DNA of 64,000 nt from Clostridiales bacterium UBA1770 (GCA_002315325.1 DCGU01000054.1:24078-88077), one strand, 5' to 3'; shown: positions 26,752-37,275, counted from the stretch's first letter. Program-made: numbers and translations. Notes: generated from the letters alone by a model not told the origin.

Positions 26752-27456
26752 TCAGCTGACGGCATCGGGTTGCGGAGCAAACAGGCCTCTGCCGACGCGC
26801 ACCATCGTGGCGCCGCAGGCAATTGCCTCTTCAAAACTGTCTGACATTCCCATCGACAGCACAGGCTCTATATTATTATGCAGTTTTTTACACCAAATGT
26901 CAATACTTAAGTTATAAGTTTGCGTAAAATATGGGATATAATCGCGTTTTTCGGGGCATTTCGGCGCCATCGTCATAAAACCGCAAAGCCGCAAATGCGG
27001 ATATCGGGAAAGCCCCGCGCAAAAATCGGCGGCGTCCTCGGGGAGCAAACCGCCCTTATCCGCTTCCCTGCCGCAATTGATTTCCGCCAACACGTCCACG
27101 GTACGGCCGATGCGCGCCGCCTGCCGGTCGATTTCTGCGGCAAGCCGCTCCGAATCCAGGGAATGAATCATCGTGACTTTATCAATGACGTATTTCACTT
27201 TGTTGGTTTGCAAACTGCCGATAAAATGCAGGGGTTTGGCACGATAGGCAGGATCCGGCCAACGCGCCAGCAGCTGCTGGACGCGGTTTTCACCGAAGCC
27301 GTCGACGTCGGTGTTTTCCATTTCGCGCAGCGTTTCATCCGACGCGTATTTCACGGCGGCCAGCAGCGTAATATCCTGCGGATTGCGGCCCGCCGCGCGT
27401 GCCGCCGCTTCAATCCGCTGCCGTACCCCGGCAACGTTTTGCATAATTTGTGTCAT
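26752..27456 (-). CDS. yggS: YggS/YlmE family pyridoxal-phosphate homeostasis protein
   Basis: LAAVKY...GENRVQ, HFIGSLQTNKV and MGMSDSFEEAI motifs. Confidence 0.92.
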   Translation of the reverse strand: MTQIMQNVAGVRQRIEAAARAAGRNPQDITLLAAVKYASDETLREMENTDVDGFGENRVQQLLARWPDPAYRAKPLHFIGSLQTNKVKYVIDKVTMIHSLDSERLAAEIDRQAARIGRTVDVLAEINCGREADKGGLLPEDAADFCAGLSRYPHLRLCGFMTMAPKCPEKRDYIPYFTQTYNLSIDIWCKKLHNNIEPVLSMGMSDSFEEAIACGATMVRVGRGLFAPQPDAVS

Positions 27457-27500
27457 ATACGAGCCTCTTTTGCGTTTCCTTTTGCGTTTTTTTGCTATTC

Positions 27501-28760
27501 TTACGACAACACTTTACCGTTGTAGAGATTTTTACCGCACGTGATCAGCATATCCGTTGCGGCCAGATAAGAATAAACGGTTGCCTTTTCGGGTTCCGTA
27601 TCTTTGACGGAAACCAAGACGTAGTCGGGGCCATTGGCAAGCGATGCAATTCTGCGGAAGTACACCGTGCCGCCGCGCAAAATAAAGACGCCCCATTCGC
27701 CGTCATACCGAACGACGGCATCCGACGGGATGCGGTACCCCGTTTTCTCACCAACAGCCACCGAAACGGTTTGTTCCCTTTCGTAATCGAATCCGTCGGG
27801 CTGACGGCTGCAGGCAAAGACGAGCAGCGCGTCTTCTTCGGACAGGTTGATGCGCTCCAGCGTCATCGGCAGCGTGATGCCGTCCGCGGTCAGCGTCACG
27901 GCGTAAGACTTCCCGACCGTGAAAACGGATGCATCCTGCGGCGACGTCGGCAGTGCAAGATACCAAACCGTGCCGAATACCATTTTGCCGACGCAATCGG
28001 CGCCGATTGTCGTTTTTTCGTTTGTCAAAACGTCCTGCAGTGCCGCCGCCGTCATGGTTTCCAGGCGGGCGGGATACAGAACCGATTCGTAACCGTCACA
28101 GGCGGAAGCACTCCAGTAATAGCCGCTGCGTCCCTGCAGTGAAGTGCCCGTTACACAATAGCCGCAGGCAGACAGCAGTTCCCGCTTGGCGTCTTCCACC
28201 ATCTCAATTTGCTTTTCATACGTCGTGCCCGCCGTCAGTCGTTTCATACGGTTGAGCAGCGTCAGCCATTGTTTTTGCTGCGTTTGCAAAACGGCAACGT
28301 CCCCTGCCTGTTCGGCATCGACAAAGGAGGAATAGGCAAGATATACGCCCTCCCGCAAGGTCGGGAGCGTTGAAAGTGACGAGGAACCAACCGCACTGTA
28401 TAAGTCTGACAGGGCCGTGTCAAAAATGCGAAGTTGTTCGCGCACGCCGGCCGCATTGCCGACGTCGACGCTCGGATAAATGCAATAGATTTCACTGTCG
28501 GCGGCGACCTTTTCACCGTCCTCGACAAGTTCGTACAACAGCCCCGTGGCCGACGCCTGCAGAACCGTTTCCTGTCGAATGACCGTGCCGCGCCCCGTCA
28601 CGGTTGTGACAACCCTTGAGGTGACGAGCTCGTTGGTATCCACGTTGGCCGTATGGGGAATCACCATTTGAAATAAGACGGCCGCAAACACAAAAAGGAG
28701 CACGGCTGCAAAGACGTACGATGCGATATTTCGTTGTCGATTGACGGGATTATGCCGCAT
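27501..28760 (-). CDS. Membrane-anchored protein, HlyD/membrane-fusion-like (weak call)
   Basis: One N-terminal TM helix followed by a barrel-sandwich-like region. No diagnostic motif; the call is by resemblance only. Confidence 0.35.
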   Translation of the reverse strand: MRHNPVNRQRNIASYVFAAVLLFVFAAVLFQMVIPHTANVDTNELVTSRVVTTVTGRGTVIRQETVLQASATGLLYELVEDGEKVAADSEIYCIYPSVDVGNAAGVREQLRIFDTALSDLYSAVGSSSLSTLPTLREGVYLAYSSFVDAEQAGDVAVLQTQQKQWLTLLNRMKRLTAGTTYEKQIEMVEDAKRELLSACGYCVTGTSLQGRSGYYWSASACDGYESVLYPARLETMTAAALQDVLTNEKTTIGADCVGKMVFGTVWYLALPTSPQDASVFTVGKSYAVTLTADGITLPMTLERINLSEEDALLVFACSRQPDGFDYEREQTVSVAVGEKTGYRIPSDAVVRYDGEWGVFILRGGTVYFRRIASLANGPDYVLVSVKDTEPEKATVYSYLAATDMLITCGKNLYNGKVLS

Positions 28761-28806
28761 ACCGTTCTGCCCTCCCTTTTCGTTCTCGTTACCCTTATTT
28801 TTTCGT

Positions 28807-29781
28807 TTACCGTGCGGCGTTTACGATGGCAAGCGCCTGCTCCAAAAGCGCGTCGGTTGACGCCTGCGTGCCATTTTCATCCACGGTAATCCAATGCACG
28901 TAGTCCTTAGCCGAAAACCACGTCATTTGCCGCTTGGCATAACGGCGCGTGGCCTGTTTGAGTTCTTCGACAGCCTGTTCCTGCGTTTCCTGTCCGTGAA
29001 TATACCCCAGCAATTCTTTATAGCCGATGGCCTGTGCTGCCGTCGCATTGGCGGCAAAAACGCCCGCCTCGTCCAGCCGGCGCGTTTCGTCCGGCAAGCC
29101 CTGCGCCATCATGGCATCCACGCGGGCATTGATGCGCGCATACAGCAAATCCCGATTGTCATAGCGCAGCCCGATAACGGCCGTGCGGTAGGGCGACGGC
29201 ACTGTGCGTGACGCCGCATCCCATTCGGTTTTGGTTTTACCGGTCAGGCGGTATATTTCAATGGCGCGCAAAACGCGCTTGGTATTATTGGGATGAACGG
29301 CAGCAGCTGCGGCCGGATCGAGTGAAGCCAAAAGGGCGTGCAGGCCGTCCGGTCCGTGCGCCGCAAGATAGGCTTCCAATTCGTGACGCAGGGCGTCGTC
29401 CGTTTTGGTTTCTTCAAACGGGGCGCCGCGCAAAAAGGCGTCGAGATACAGCCCGGTGCCGCCGCAAAACAGCGGCAGTGCCCCGCGCGAAAGAACGTCC
29501 TGCACCGCCTTTTCCGCATCGGCAACGTAGGCCGCGCAGGAATAGGGTGCCGTCGGTTCGATACAGTCAAACAGATGGTGCGGTACGCTCCCCTGCTCCT
29601 CTTTGGTCGGTGCCGCCGTACCGATCGGCATACCGCGGTAAATCTGCATGGAATCGCAGCAGATGACCTCGGCGCCGAGCGCCCGTGCCAGGCGGACGGA
29701 CAGGGCAGTTTTGCCGCAGGCGGTAGGACCGACAACGGCAAGAATCAGCGGTTTATTGTTATCGTTTTGCAGCGTCGTCAT
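28807..29781 (-). CDS. miaA: tRNA dimethylallyltransferase
   Basis: P-loop GPTACGKT and DSMQIYRGM motif. Overlaps the queA stop by 4 nt. Confidence 0.93.
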   Translation of the reverse strand: MTTLQNDNNKPLILAVVGPTACGKTALSVRLARALGAEVICCDSMQIYRGMPIGTAAPTKEEQGSVPHHLFDCIEPTAPYSCAAYVADAEKAVQDVLSRGALPLFCGGTGLYLDAFLRGAPFEETKTDDALRHELEAYLAAHGPDGLHALLASLDPAAAAAVHPNNTKRVLRAIEIYRLTGKTKTEWDAASRTVPSPYRTAVIGLRYDNRDLLYARINARVDAMMAQGLPDETRRLDEAGVFAANATAAQAIGYKELLGYIHGQETQEQAVEELKQATRRYAKRQMTWFSAKDYVHWITVDENGTQASTDALLEQALAIVNAAR

Positions 29782-30854
29782 ACCATCAGGGTCGCGTCGC
29801 CGAAGGAGAAGAAGCGGTACTTCATCTCAACGGCCGTCCGATAGGCGGCCAGCATGGCGTCGCGGTTATAAAAAGCGGATACCAGCATCAAAAGCGTGCT
29901 TTGCGGCAGGTGGAAGTTGGTAATGAGCGCATCGGTTGCCTTAAATTTATACCCGGGATAAATGAAGATGCCGGTATCGGCATCCATGGCGTGCACGATG
30001 CCGTTGTCATCCGAAACGGATTCCAGCGTACGGCAGGACGTCGTACCGACGCAGATGACTCTGCCGCCGGCAGCACGGCGCGCATTGATGAGGTCGGCCG
30101 TTTCCTGCGACACGGAGATATACTCGGTGTGCATCACGTGCTCGGCAATCTTATCCTCTTTGACGGGGCGGAACGTACCCAGTCCCACGTGCAGCATAAC
30201 GGGCGCCACGGCGATGCCCTTCTCCCGAATGCGGTCAAGCAGTTCGGGGGTAAAATGCAGGCCGGCCGTCGGTGCGGCAGCGGAGCCCTCGGTCTTGGCA
30301 TAGACCGTTTGGTAACGGTCCTTTTCTTTGAGCGTTTCTTTGATATACGGCGGGAGCGGCATGGTGCCGATTTCATTGAGCACCTCGAACACGTTTCTGT
30401 ATTTGCTCCTGTCATAGGAGAAATGAATGAGACGGTTGCCCTCTTCCACGATGGCAGTGACTTCCCCCTGCAGGATGCCGTTGCCGAACGTCATTTTGTT
30501 GCCGATGCGGGCGTGTTTGCCGGGTTTGACCAGCGTTTCCCACACGTCGGTTTCGTGCTGACGCAGCAGCAGCAGTTCGATTTTGGCTTCCGGCCGGTCG
30601 GTAAGGACGCCGTACAGGCGCGCCGGAATGACCTTGGAGTTATTGACGACCAACACGTCACCGGGATTGAGATAATCGATGACGTCATAAAAATGCTTAT
30701 GTTCAATCACGCCCGTGTCGCGGTGAATGACCATCAATCGCGATTCATCGCGCACCTCGGCCGGGTGCTGCGCAATCAGTTCCTCGGGCAGATTATAATC
30801 AAAATCCTGCGTCCGCAAATCGGTTTGCGGCGTTTCGTTGTGAATAACGTTCAT
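29778..30854 (-). CDS. queA: S-adenosylmethionine:tRNA ribosyltransferase-isomerase
   Basis: [15 protein letters not shown]-terminus, MPLPPYI and [17 protein letters not shown]. Confidence 0.95.
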   Translation of the reverse strand: MNVIHNETPQTDLRTQDFDYNLPEELIAQHPAEVRDESRLMVIHRDTGVIEHKHFYDVIDYLNPGDVLVVNNSKVIPARLYGVLTDRPEAKIELLLLRQHETDVWETLVKPGKHARIGNKMTFGNGILQGEVTAIVEEGNRLIHFSYDRSKYRNVFEVLNEIGTMPLPPYIKETLKEKDRYQTVYAKTEGSAAAPTAGLHFTPELLDRIREKGIAVAPVMLHVGLGTFRPVKEDKIAEHVMHTEYISVSQETADLINARRAAGGRVICVGTTSCRTLESVSDDNGIVHAMDADTGIFIYPGYKFKATDALITNFHLPQSTLLMLVSAFYNRDAMLAAYRTAVEMKYRFFSFGDATLMV

Positions 30855-30895
30855 ATTCGTGACCTCTGTTAAACAAAAATATCCATTATACTATA

Positions 30896-30924
30896 ATTAT
30901 ACTCTATTTATACGCAGAATTCAA
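30896..30924 (-). promoter_or_regulatory. sigma-70-type promoter for queA-miaA
   Basis: Minus strand reads TTGAAT, 17 nt, TATAAT. Confidence 0.55.
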
Positions 30925-30974
30925 CTGCGCAAAAGTGTCCCTGTGAAATTAACTGAAAAAGATTGCAAAATCAC

Positions 30975-31003
30975 TTGACAAGCGGAAACGATTGTGGTAT
31001 CAT
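30975..31003 (+). promoter_or_regulatory. sigma-70-type promoter for tRNA-Arg
   Basis: TTGACA, 17 nt, TATCAT, ending 18 nt before the tRNA. Confidence 0.65.
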
Positions 31004-31020
31004 ATTATGCGTTCGGAAAT

Positions 31021-31097
31021 GCGGCATTAGCTCAGCTGGATAGAGTGCCTGGCTACGAACCAGTAGGTCGGGGGTTCGAATCCCTTATGTCGCGCCA
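31021..31097 (+). tRNA. tRNA-Arg (anticodon ACG), CCA encoded
   Basis: Manual fold: acceptor GCGGCAT/ATGTCGC, D-arm GCTCAGCTGGATAGAGT, anticodon loop CTACGAA, T-loop GGTTCGAATCC. Collinear with E. coli tRNA-Arg(ACG). Confidence 0.9.
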
Positions 31098-31099
31098 AC

Positions 31100-31140
31100 A
31101 AAAAACACCTTTTGTCTTTTGACAAAAGGTGTTTTTTGTT
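31100..31140 (+). terminator. Intrinsic terminator after tRNA-Arg
   Basis: Perfect 17-bp stem AAAAAACACCTTTTGTC/GACAAAAGGTGTTTTTT. Confidence 0.85.
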
Positions 31141-31316
31141 GGCGAATGAAGCGCGCCTGCAGCGCATGAAAAATGAAGCAGGGCTTCGCCCCGTGAAGCG
31201 TGCCTGCGGCACACGGAGAAGTAACATTGCGCGCTTCGCTTCATAGCGGCTTTGCCGCTGCTTCATGAAAACCGTAAGGTTTTCGCTTCACGTTTGCGCA
31301 GCAAACGCTTCATTGC
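31141..31316 (+). repeat. tRNA-linked cluster of ATGAAGC/GCTTCAT motifs alternating with GC mini-hairpins (cluster 2)
   Basis: The left half carries forward AATGAAGC motifs and the right half carries GCTTCAT(T). Mini-hairpins include GTGCC-TGC-GGCAC, AGCGGC-TTT-GCCGCT, GAAAACC-GTAA-GGTTTTC and CGTTTGC-GCA-GCAAACG. Confidence 0.8.
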
Positions 31317-31390
31317 CGGTGTTGTCATGACGCAGAAAAGCATTTCGTGTATAGAATATCCCGCAACATCAAAAATAATATGCCAAACTA

Positions 31391-31419
31391 TTGACCGATT
31401 TTGTGAAAAAAGATATAAT
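31391..31419 (+). promoter_or_regulatory. sigma-70-type promoter for fba
   Basis: TTGACC, 17 nt, TATAAT. Confidence 0.65.
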
Positions 31420-31464
31420 ATATGGGATAGTTTTTATCAAATACAAAATTAGGAGATTTTTGAC

Positions 31465-32424
31465 ATGGCATTAGTTACTACCAAAGAGATGTTCAAAAAA
31501 GCCTACGACGGCCACTACGCCATCGGTGCTTTTAACATCAACAACATGGAAATCGTGCAGGCCATTACCGAGGCTGCCGGCGAACTGCGTTCCCCCGTTA
31601 TTCTGCAGGCTTCCGCAGGTGCCCGCAAGTATGCGAAACCCGCTTATCTGAAGGCATTGGCACAGGCTGCCGTTGAAGACAGCGGTATCGACCTGGCCCT
31701 CCACCTGGACCACGGCGCTGACTTCGAAGTATGCAAGGACTGCATCGACGGTGGTTTCACCTCCGTTATGATCGACGGTTCCCACCATTCCTTCGAGGAC
31801 AACATCGCCCTGACCAAGAAGGTTGTTGAATACGCTCACGCTCACGGCGTTGTCGTTGAGGGTGAACTCGGTGTGCTGGCCGGCATCGAAGACGCCGTTT
31901 CCTCCGCCACCTCCTCTTACACCAGACCCGAAGAAGTAGAAGAGTTCGTCACCAAGACCGGTGTTGACTCCCTGGCTATTTCCATCGGTACCAGCCACGG
32001 TGCATACAAGTTCACCGCTGCGCAGTGCACGAGAAACGAAAAAGGCATTTTGGTTCCTCCTCCTCTCCGCTTTGACATTCTGGAGGAAGTTTCCCGTCGT
32101 CTGCCCGGTTTCCCGATCGTTCTGCACGGTGCATCTTCCGTTCCCCAGGAATACGTTGCCGAAATCAACAAGCTCGGCGGTCAGCTGCCGGATGCCGTCG
32201 GTATTCCCGAAGAACAGCTGCGCAAGGCCGCTACTCTGGCTGTCTGCAAGATCAATATCGACTCCGATATTCGTCTGGCCATGACTGCCGGTATCCGCCG
32301 CGTATTCAGTGAGAGCCCCTCTATCTTCGACCCCCGCGAATACCTCAAGGTTGCCCGCGCAGAGGTTAAGAAGATGGTAGCACATAAGATCAGCGACGTG
32401 CTTGGCTCTACCAACACCCTGTAA
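31465..32424 (+). CDS. fba: Class II fructose-1,6-bisphosphate aldolase
   Basis: MALVTTKEMFKKAYDGHYAIGAFNINNME, LHLDHG and ISIGTSHGAYKF motifs. Confidence 0.95.
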   Translation: MALVTTKEMFKKAYDGHYAIGAFNINNMEIVQAITEAAGELRSPVILQASAGARKYAKPAYLKALAQAAVEDSGIDLALHLDHGADFEVCKDCIDGGFTSVMIDGSHHSFEDNIALTKKVVEYAHAHGVVVEGELGVLAGIEDAVSSATSSYTRPEEVEEFVTKTGVDSLAISIGTSHGAYKFTAAQCTRNEKGILVPPPLRFDILEEVSRRLPGFPIVLHGASSVPQEYVAEINKLGGQLPDAVGIPEEQLRKAATLAVCKINIDSDIRLAMTAGIRRVFSESPSIFDPREYLKVARAEVKKMVAHKISDVLGSTNTL

Positions 32425-32452
32425 TTAAAGGACTGTAAAACAGCCTTCAGCA

Positions 32453-32493
32453 AGCGCCGCTTCTATGCTAAATTGAAGCGGCGCTTTTTTTGC
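32453..32493 (+). terminator. Intrinsic terminator after fba
   Basis: AGCGCCGCTTC/GAAGCGGCGCT stem followed by TTTTTTT. Confidence 0.8.
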
Positions 32494-32551
32494 GGGAGGG
32501 GTGACCCCTTCCCTACGGTGTCCGGTGTCCGCTGTTCGTCAGCTTCATATG

Positions 32552-32590
32552 AAAAATCCGCTGTGCCGAAGCACAGCGGATTTCTTTTTG
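32552..32590 (-). terminator. Intrinsic terminator after the O-antigen-ligase-family gene (bidirectional shape)
   Basis: AAATCCGCTGTGC-CGAA-GCACAGCGGATTT with T/A runs on both sides. Confidence 0.7.
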
Positions 32591-32592
32591 TA

Positions 32593-34185
32593 TTATTGTT
32601 CTTCCTTTTGTACAGGAGGGATTTGACTGATGCATTTATCCAACAGACCTGCCATCACCCAATACAGGGGGGTTACCATTGCCAGGGAGAAGCTGAAGAA
32701 GGAGTGGCCCAGGTAGCCGACGACACCGGCGGCCAGGATAACGGCCATGGGGCAGCGCACAGCTGCCTTGAAGGCACGAATGGCCAGGGCAACGATGAAG
32801 GCCAAGTAAATCAGCAGACCCACGAAACCGACGCAAACGCCGATCTGCAGGAATTCGTTGTGGGCAAAGTCAACTTCACAATAGGAACCGACGGAGGTGC
32901 TGTAATACTCGTTGTAGGGACGGAAGAGCTCGCACAGGGAGCCGGGACCGCCGCCCAAAATGGGATGCTCGGCCATAATGTGCAATGCGCACTTCCAAAT
33001 GGCACCGCGCGCACTACCGGCACTGTCGGACAAATGCCCGTGCAGCACTTCACTGACCTGCTGCAAAAGGGTATTCGAGCCATGATAACCATACAGGAAA
33101 ATGAGTCCTGCAATCAGAATCACAACCTCGCAAAGCGCCACGATGATGCGCATCATGCGGCGGCAGGGGAACTTTTTGAAATTGAGTTTGGGCAATACGA
33201 ACCAAACGGCCAGCAAAAGCAGGCATACAACCCACAAGAAGGCCACTTTTTTACCAAAGCTTACGACCATGCCGTTCGCCGTGTTGTGGAACCAGTAGCT
33301 CAACGCAGCCGTACCGGTTAAAACGGCGCCGGACAGGGCGGTATTGCAAATTCTCTCTTTGGTTTCCAGCAGGAAGGGCATCGTCAGCGCAAAGGCCAGC
33401 AGGATACCGATCTTACTACTGTCGACGTCAGAGAAAATCTGAATGTAGAGCATCATGGCCATGCCGGGCAGGCAAATGACGCGATATTTGCTCTTCAGCA
33501 GTACGGAAGCACAGAACAACGTGGGCACCGTCATCGCAAGGATGGCGGCGATCATATCGATGTTGCCGACGGTTCCCAAGAACATGGTGTTCCAATAGTT
33601 ACTGCCGGACGGATACATCAAATTGACACCCCAGGACTGCAGGGCACAAATAAAGCCGAACAGCAGCGCCATAATACCGAAGGCGTAAATCAAGCTGTCG
33701 GAGGCCTCACCGTACCGTGCGACCAGTAAAAAGACGAAGCCGTACATCAAAATGGAAAAGAGCCCTTCAAAACGGCTGCCGGTCCCCATCCAAATCTGTC
33801 CCCCGAATTCCGAGAAGATACCCGAAATGCAGGCCCAGGCCATATAGCCGAACAGCAAATACTGCGGCCAGGTGGGTTTTTCCGGTTTTTCCAAAAAGCG
33901 GATGCGGCGCCATTCCTTATTGAACAGGAACAGAGCGCAAACGGCCATTACGAACATGAAGATGGCGGCGGTTGACCAGAACCAGTTGAACTTGGCCGCC
34001 GTGATTTTATAATACTTGTTGCTGTCGTAAAGGAAGGGGAAAATCACCAGTACGAAGAATGCGTACCAACACGTGATCTTTTCAAAAATCGGTTTCTTTT
34101 TACGGCGCAGCAAAAGGTCGGTCGTGACCACGGCATCCGCAGGGAGTGCGGTCACAACGCCCGGAGTCGTCACTTTTTGTTTCAT
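32593..34185 (-). CDS. O-antigen ligase / Wzy_C family polytopic membrane protein
   Basis: More than 10 TM segments and the Wzy_C-type motif FAHNEFLQIGVCVGFVGLLIY. Confidence 0.75.
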   Translation of the reverse strand: MKQKVTTPGVVTALPADAVVTTDLLLRRKKKPIFEKITCWYAFFVLVIFPFLYDSNKYYKITAAKFNWFWSTAAIFMFVMAVCALFLFNKEWRRIRFLEKPEKPTWPQYLLFGYMAWACISGIFSEFGGQIWMGTGSRFEGLFSILMYGFVFLLVARYGEASDSLIYAFGIMALLFGFICALQSWGVNLMYPSGSNYWNTMFLGTVGNIDMIAAILAMTVPTLFCASVLLKSKYRVICLPGMAMMLYIQIFSDVDSSKIGILLAFALTMPFLLETKERICNTALSGAVLTGTAALSYWFHNTANGMVVSFGKKVAFLWVVCLLLLAVWFVLPKLNFKKFPCRRMMRIIVALCEVVILIAGLIFLYGYHGSNTLLQQVSEVLHGHLSDSAGSARGAIWKCALHIMAEHPILGGGPGSLCELFRPYNEYYSTSVGSYCEVDFAHNEFLQIGVCVGFVGLLIYLAFIVALAIRAFKAAVRCPMAVILAAGVVGYLGHSFFSFSLAMVTPLYWVMAGLLDKCISQIPPVQKEEQ

Positions 34186-34232
34186 TTTATCTTGTTATCC
34201 TATCGTTCGTGATATCTGTTTGTGTCTGACAA

Positions 34233-34580
34233 TTACAGATCGAAATACTCGGTATTGCTCCTGTCGGTGTCGCTGTTTTCAGCAATCAGCACGCTGGCGT
34301 CCTCGGAGCAAATGATGTTGTGCCAAGTGCCGACCTGCACGTTATAAATCTTGTGCAGTTCCATTTCAACGGGCGTTCTGTCGCGGCCGATGAACAACGT
34401 AGCGGTTCCCTTGAGCAGTACGAAAACCTCATCGGTTTTCATGTGGCGTTCCATCATGGTATTTTTTGTGTACTCGGGGCAATTATTTAAATAGGCGACG
34501 CACCAAGTGCCGCAAATGTGGGTGCGGTCGTAACCGGGACCCGTATACTGTTTTACTTCCAAACCTTCAACCTGTGCCAT
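34233..34580 (-). CDS. Small cupin-fold protein (function unknown)
   Basis: 115 aa with a beta-barrel-like pattern (HMKTDEVFVLLKGTATLFIG...VGTWHNI). Confidence 0.5.
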   Translation of the reverse strand: MAQVEGLEVKQYTGPGYDRTHICGTWCVAYLNNCPEYTKNTMMERHMKTDEVFVLLKGTATLFIGRDRTPVEMELHKIYNVQVGTWHNIICSEDASVLIAENSDTDRSNTEYFDL

Positions 34581-34625
34581 AATATAATCCTATCCTTTCA
34601 AAAATCTTACGTATAAAAATCAAAA

Positions 34626-35480
34626 TCAGGAGCGGCCGAGTTCACCGGCAACGTCGCCGTCGCTGCAGTGAATGACGGGGGCACCGGTATTAAAGAGGGC
34701 ACCGTCGCAAATCTTATTCCACTGTTTCTGTGTGCCGGCGTAGTTGACGGCGGTCAGTGCGGAGCAACCGTGGAATGCCATCCAGCCGATGCTCTTCACC
34801 GAGTCGGGAATCGTAACCGAGGTCAGCGAAGTATCCTTACCAAAGGCACAGTCGCCGATTTCCTTGACACTGCCGGGAATCGTGACGGACGTCAGACTGA
34901 TGCAATCCTGGAAAGCACCGGGGCCAATATAGGTCACGGAATCGGGAATGACAATCGAGGTCAGGCAGCAGCAGTTCCAAAATGTGCTTGCTTCAATGCG
35001 TTCCACGCCCTGCGGAATGCTTACGGTCTGCAGGTAAACGCACAAATAGAACGCTTCTTTGCCGATGCTTTGCACGGCATCGGGAATATTGATATAGTAG
35101 AGATAACTGCTGCCGTAGAAGGCACGTGCCCCAATAAACGTAATCGTTTCGGGCAGCTGCATCGCGTACAGTTTCCCGCTGGAAACGTCACCGTTGGCAA
35201 AATGACCGTTGAACGCGTCGTCATCAATACCGATAACGGTTTTCCCGTCGGGCGCCGTTGAGGGAACGACAACCGTTTCAGGATCCTCCGACGTAACCAA
35301 GGACGCCACACGGCAGGTGTTGTCCGGGTCGGAACGGTAGGAACGGTAGAGAAGCGTGCCGTCGTTCGTCTCGGTGTACCCGCTGCAGGAAACCAATGAC
35401 AACGGAATCACCGACAGCAGCGTCAGCATCAAAAGGCAGGAGAGCGTCCGCCGCCAAATACTTGTTTTGTTTCTTTTCAT
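34626..35480 (-). CDS. Leucine-rich-repeat (BspA-type LRR_5) lipoprotein
   Basis: Lipobox LSLVSCSG. Repeats follow IPDSVxxIGxxAFxxCxSLTSVTIP. Start moved to ATG 35480 (MKRNKTS). Confidence 0.8.
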   Translation of the reverse strand: MKRNKTSIWRRTLSCLLMLTLLSVIPLSLVSCSGYTETNDGTLLYRSYRSDPDNTCRVASLVTSEDPETVVVPSTAPDGKTVIGIDDDAFNGHFANGDVSSGKLYAMQLPETITFIGARAFYGSSYLYYINIPDAVQSIGKEAFYLCVYLQTVSIPQGVERIEASTFWNCCCLTSIVIPDSVTYIGPGAFQDCISLTSVTIPGSVKEIGDCAFGKDTSLTSVTIPDSVKSIGWMAFHGCSALTAVNYAGTQKQWNKICDGALFNTGAPVIHCSDGDVAGELGRS

Positions 35481-35564
35481 TGTAACCAGTCTACTTTCTA
35501 TTATTATGAGAATAACGTTTTTCAATTATAACAAGAAGCGGATAAAAAGTCAAGGAAAAGCCGC

Positions 35565-37160
35565 TTATCCACGGCGTACGGGCAAAGACAAAACGCTGTT
35601 GCCGAACCAAACGGTATTATCGGCGACCACGGTTTCTACCGCCGTCAGCCACTCGGCACGGGTGTTGGTGTGGGGACGGTAGGAGTGCGCGTCGCTCGAC
35701 ATCACGTCCACGCGCAGGCGCTCCCCTTTGTGCAGCGTCCAGCAAAGCGGATCCGTTTCAAACGTAATCGTCGTTTTTTCACCGGCCGCAGCGGGATTGA
35801 GTTCAGTCGGACAGTCGCCCATGGGCGTTGCAACACCGTTTTCCTGCACGCAGCAAACGCGGATTAAGAACATCGTGGCCTGCGCCGTCGTGGAAACCTC
35901 GAAGGACGCCGCAATTTTACCGGCGAGCGTCAAATCTTGTGTCAGGGGCGCCGTCATAAAGGTTTTAACGTCGGGACGGAAATTCGGTTCGGGCTGGTCG
36001 GCAAAACCGTTGGGGGTATGGTCGAACGAGTTGGGACCGCCGGGGAAACGGGCGGGATCCAGGGGGTCGTAGCGGTAGGTGACACTGCCGTCGGCAGGCG
36101 CGCAATCCGTCAGTTTGCCGCCGTCTACCAAATACAGTTTTTTCGTCTGTGCTTCGTCCGGGAAGGCGTCGGCACATTCCCACGCGGCTTTCCCAACGTG
36201 GTAGTAGTTGACGGCACCGAGTCGGACGCCGTTGTCCATCGGTTTGCCGTCGCGCAGATATAGGAACCATTGCATTTCCAGGTCGCGCGGTTGATTGCCG
36301 TTTTCAAAGGGGTACGACCAGGTCGGGTCCACCGCGCAGCCGTGGCTCCAGGGACCGACGACGAAGGCGCAGGACGACTTAATCCCGGCGGGAATCTTAT
36401 CCCACATGCGCCAGGTGCCGCTGAAGAAAGGTTCCGACCATCCCGTCACCATCAGCATGGGCGTATGCAGTTTGGTCATACAGTTGAACGCCTGTGAAAA
36501 ATAGTCCGGCATGGCCATGGGGTCATTGCGCAAATACCAAATGTTATTGAATGCGGGCACGTCGTAGCCGTATATGCGGCGCATATACGTGCTCATGGGA
36601 TTTTTATCCCATTCGGCGTCGTAACTGCCGTGCGCGCTGCCGTAAATCAAATCCTGATAGTGGTAGACACCGGGGAACCAAATGGGCCCCAAGTCAGCCT
36701 TAAAAACGCCGTTGCGGAAGAACGTATATCTGCCGTCGTCCGCCATGACTGCCGTAAACGCGCCCTTGACGCTGGGGGGCAGCACCTCGTACATCGCCAG
36801 CTGCACAAATCCCAGGTAGCTGCCGCCGGTTAAGTAAATGCGGCCGTCGAACCAGGGCTGCTGCTCGATCCAGGCAATGGTATCCAACCCGTCGGCACGT
36901 TCGTCGTGGAAGGGCACGAAGTCCCCTTCACTGCCGCCCTTGCCGCGGCAGTTCTGATCGACGCGGGCAAATCCGTTTTGTGCTGCGTAACTTTCCGGCA
37001 GATTTTCCTGTACTTCCGGTACGTCGGCAGCGGGGGCCGGGGCATAGGGGTTACGGGAAAGAATGGCCGGGTATTTGCCCGTGCCGTCACCCGGCAGTTC
37101 CACCCAGGTCAGCAGTTTAACGCCGTCACGCATGGCCGGACGGCAAATCATTTTCTTCAT
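35565..37160 (-). CDS. CocE/NonD family hydrolase (S15 X-Pro dipeptidyl-peptidase-like)
   Basis: N-terminus MRDGVKLLTWVELPGDG...AILSRNPY, a GGSYLG nucleophile elbow and a C-terminal beta-sandwich. Confidence 0.8.
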   Translation of the reverse strand: MKKMICRPAMRDGVKLLTWVELPGDGTGKYPAILSRNPYAPAPAADVPEVQENLPESYAAQNGFARVDQNCRGKGGSEGDFVPFHDERADGLDTIAWIEQQPWFDGRIYLTGGSYLGFVQLAMYEVLPPSVKGAFTAVMADDGRYTFFRNGVFKADLGPIWFPGVYHYQDLIYGSAHGSYDAEWDKNPMSTYMRRIYGYDVPAFNNIWYLRNDPMAMPDYFSQAFNCMTKLHTPMLMVTGWSEPFFSGTWRMWDKIPAGIKSSCAFVVGPWSHGCAVDPTWSYPFENGNQPRDLEMQWFLYLRDGKPMDNGVRLGAVNYYHVGKAAWECADAFPDEAQTKKLYLVDGGKLTDCAPADGSVTYRYDPLDPARFPGGPNSFDHTPNGFADQPEPNFRPDVKTFMTAPLTQDLTLAGKIAASFEVSTTAQATMFLIRVCCVQENGVATPMGDCPTELNPAAAGEKTTITFETDPLCWTLHKGERLRVDVMSSDAHSYRPHTNTRAEWLTAVETVVADNTVWFGNSVLSLPVRRG

Positions 37161-37275
37161 AAAGGCGTCTCCTTACGTTTTTTACGATATTTCATTTCTC
37201 AATGGAGCGTTTTTGCTTTTTTCGGGCGATTGTTCGTCGGTTCTTGATTGGCCGGTCAAGCGTATCATAGCCTCT

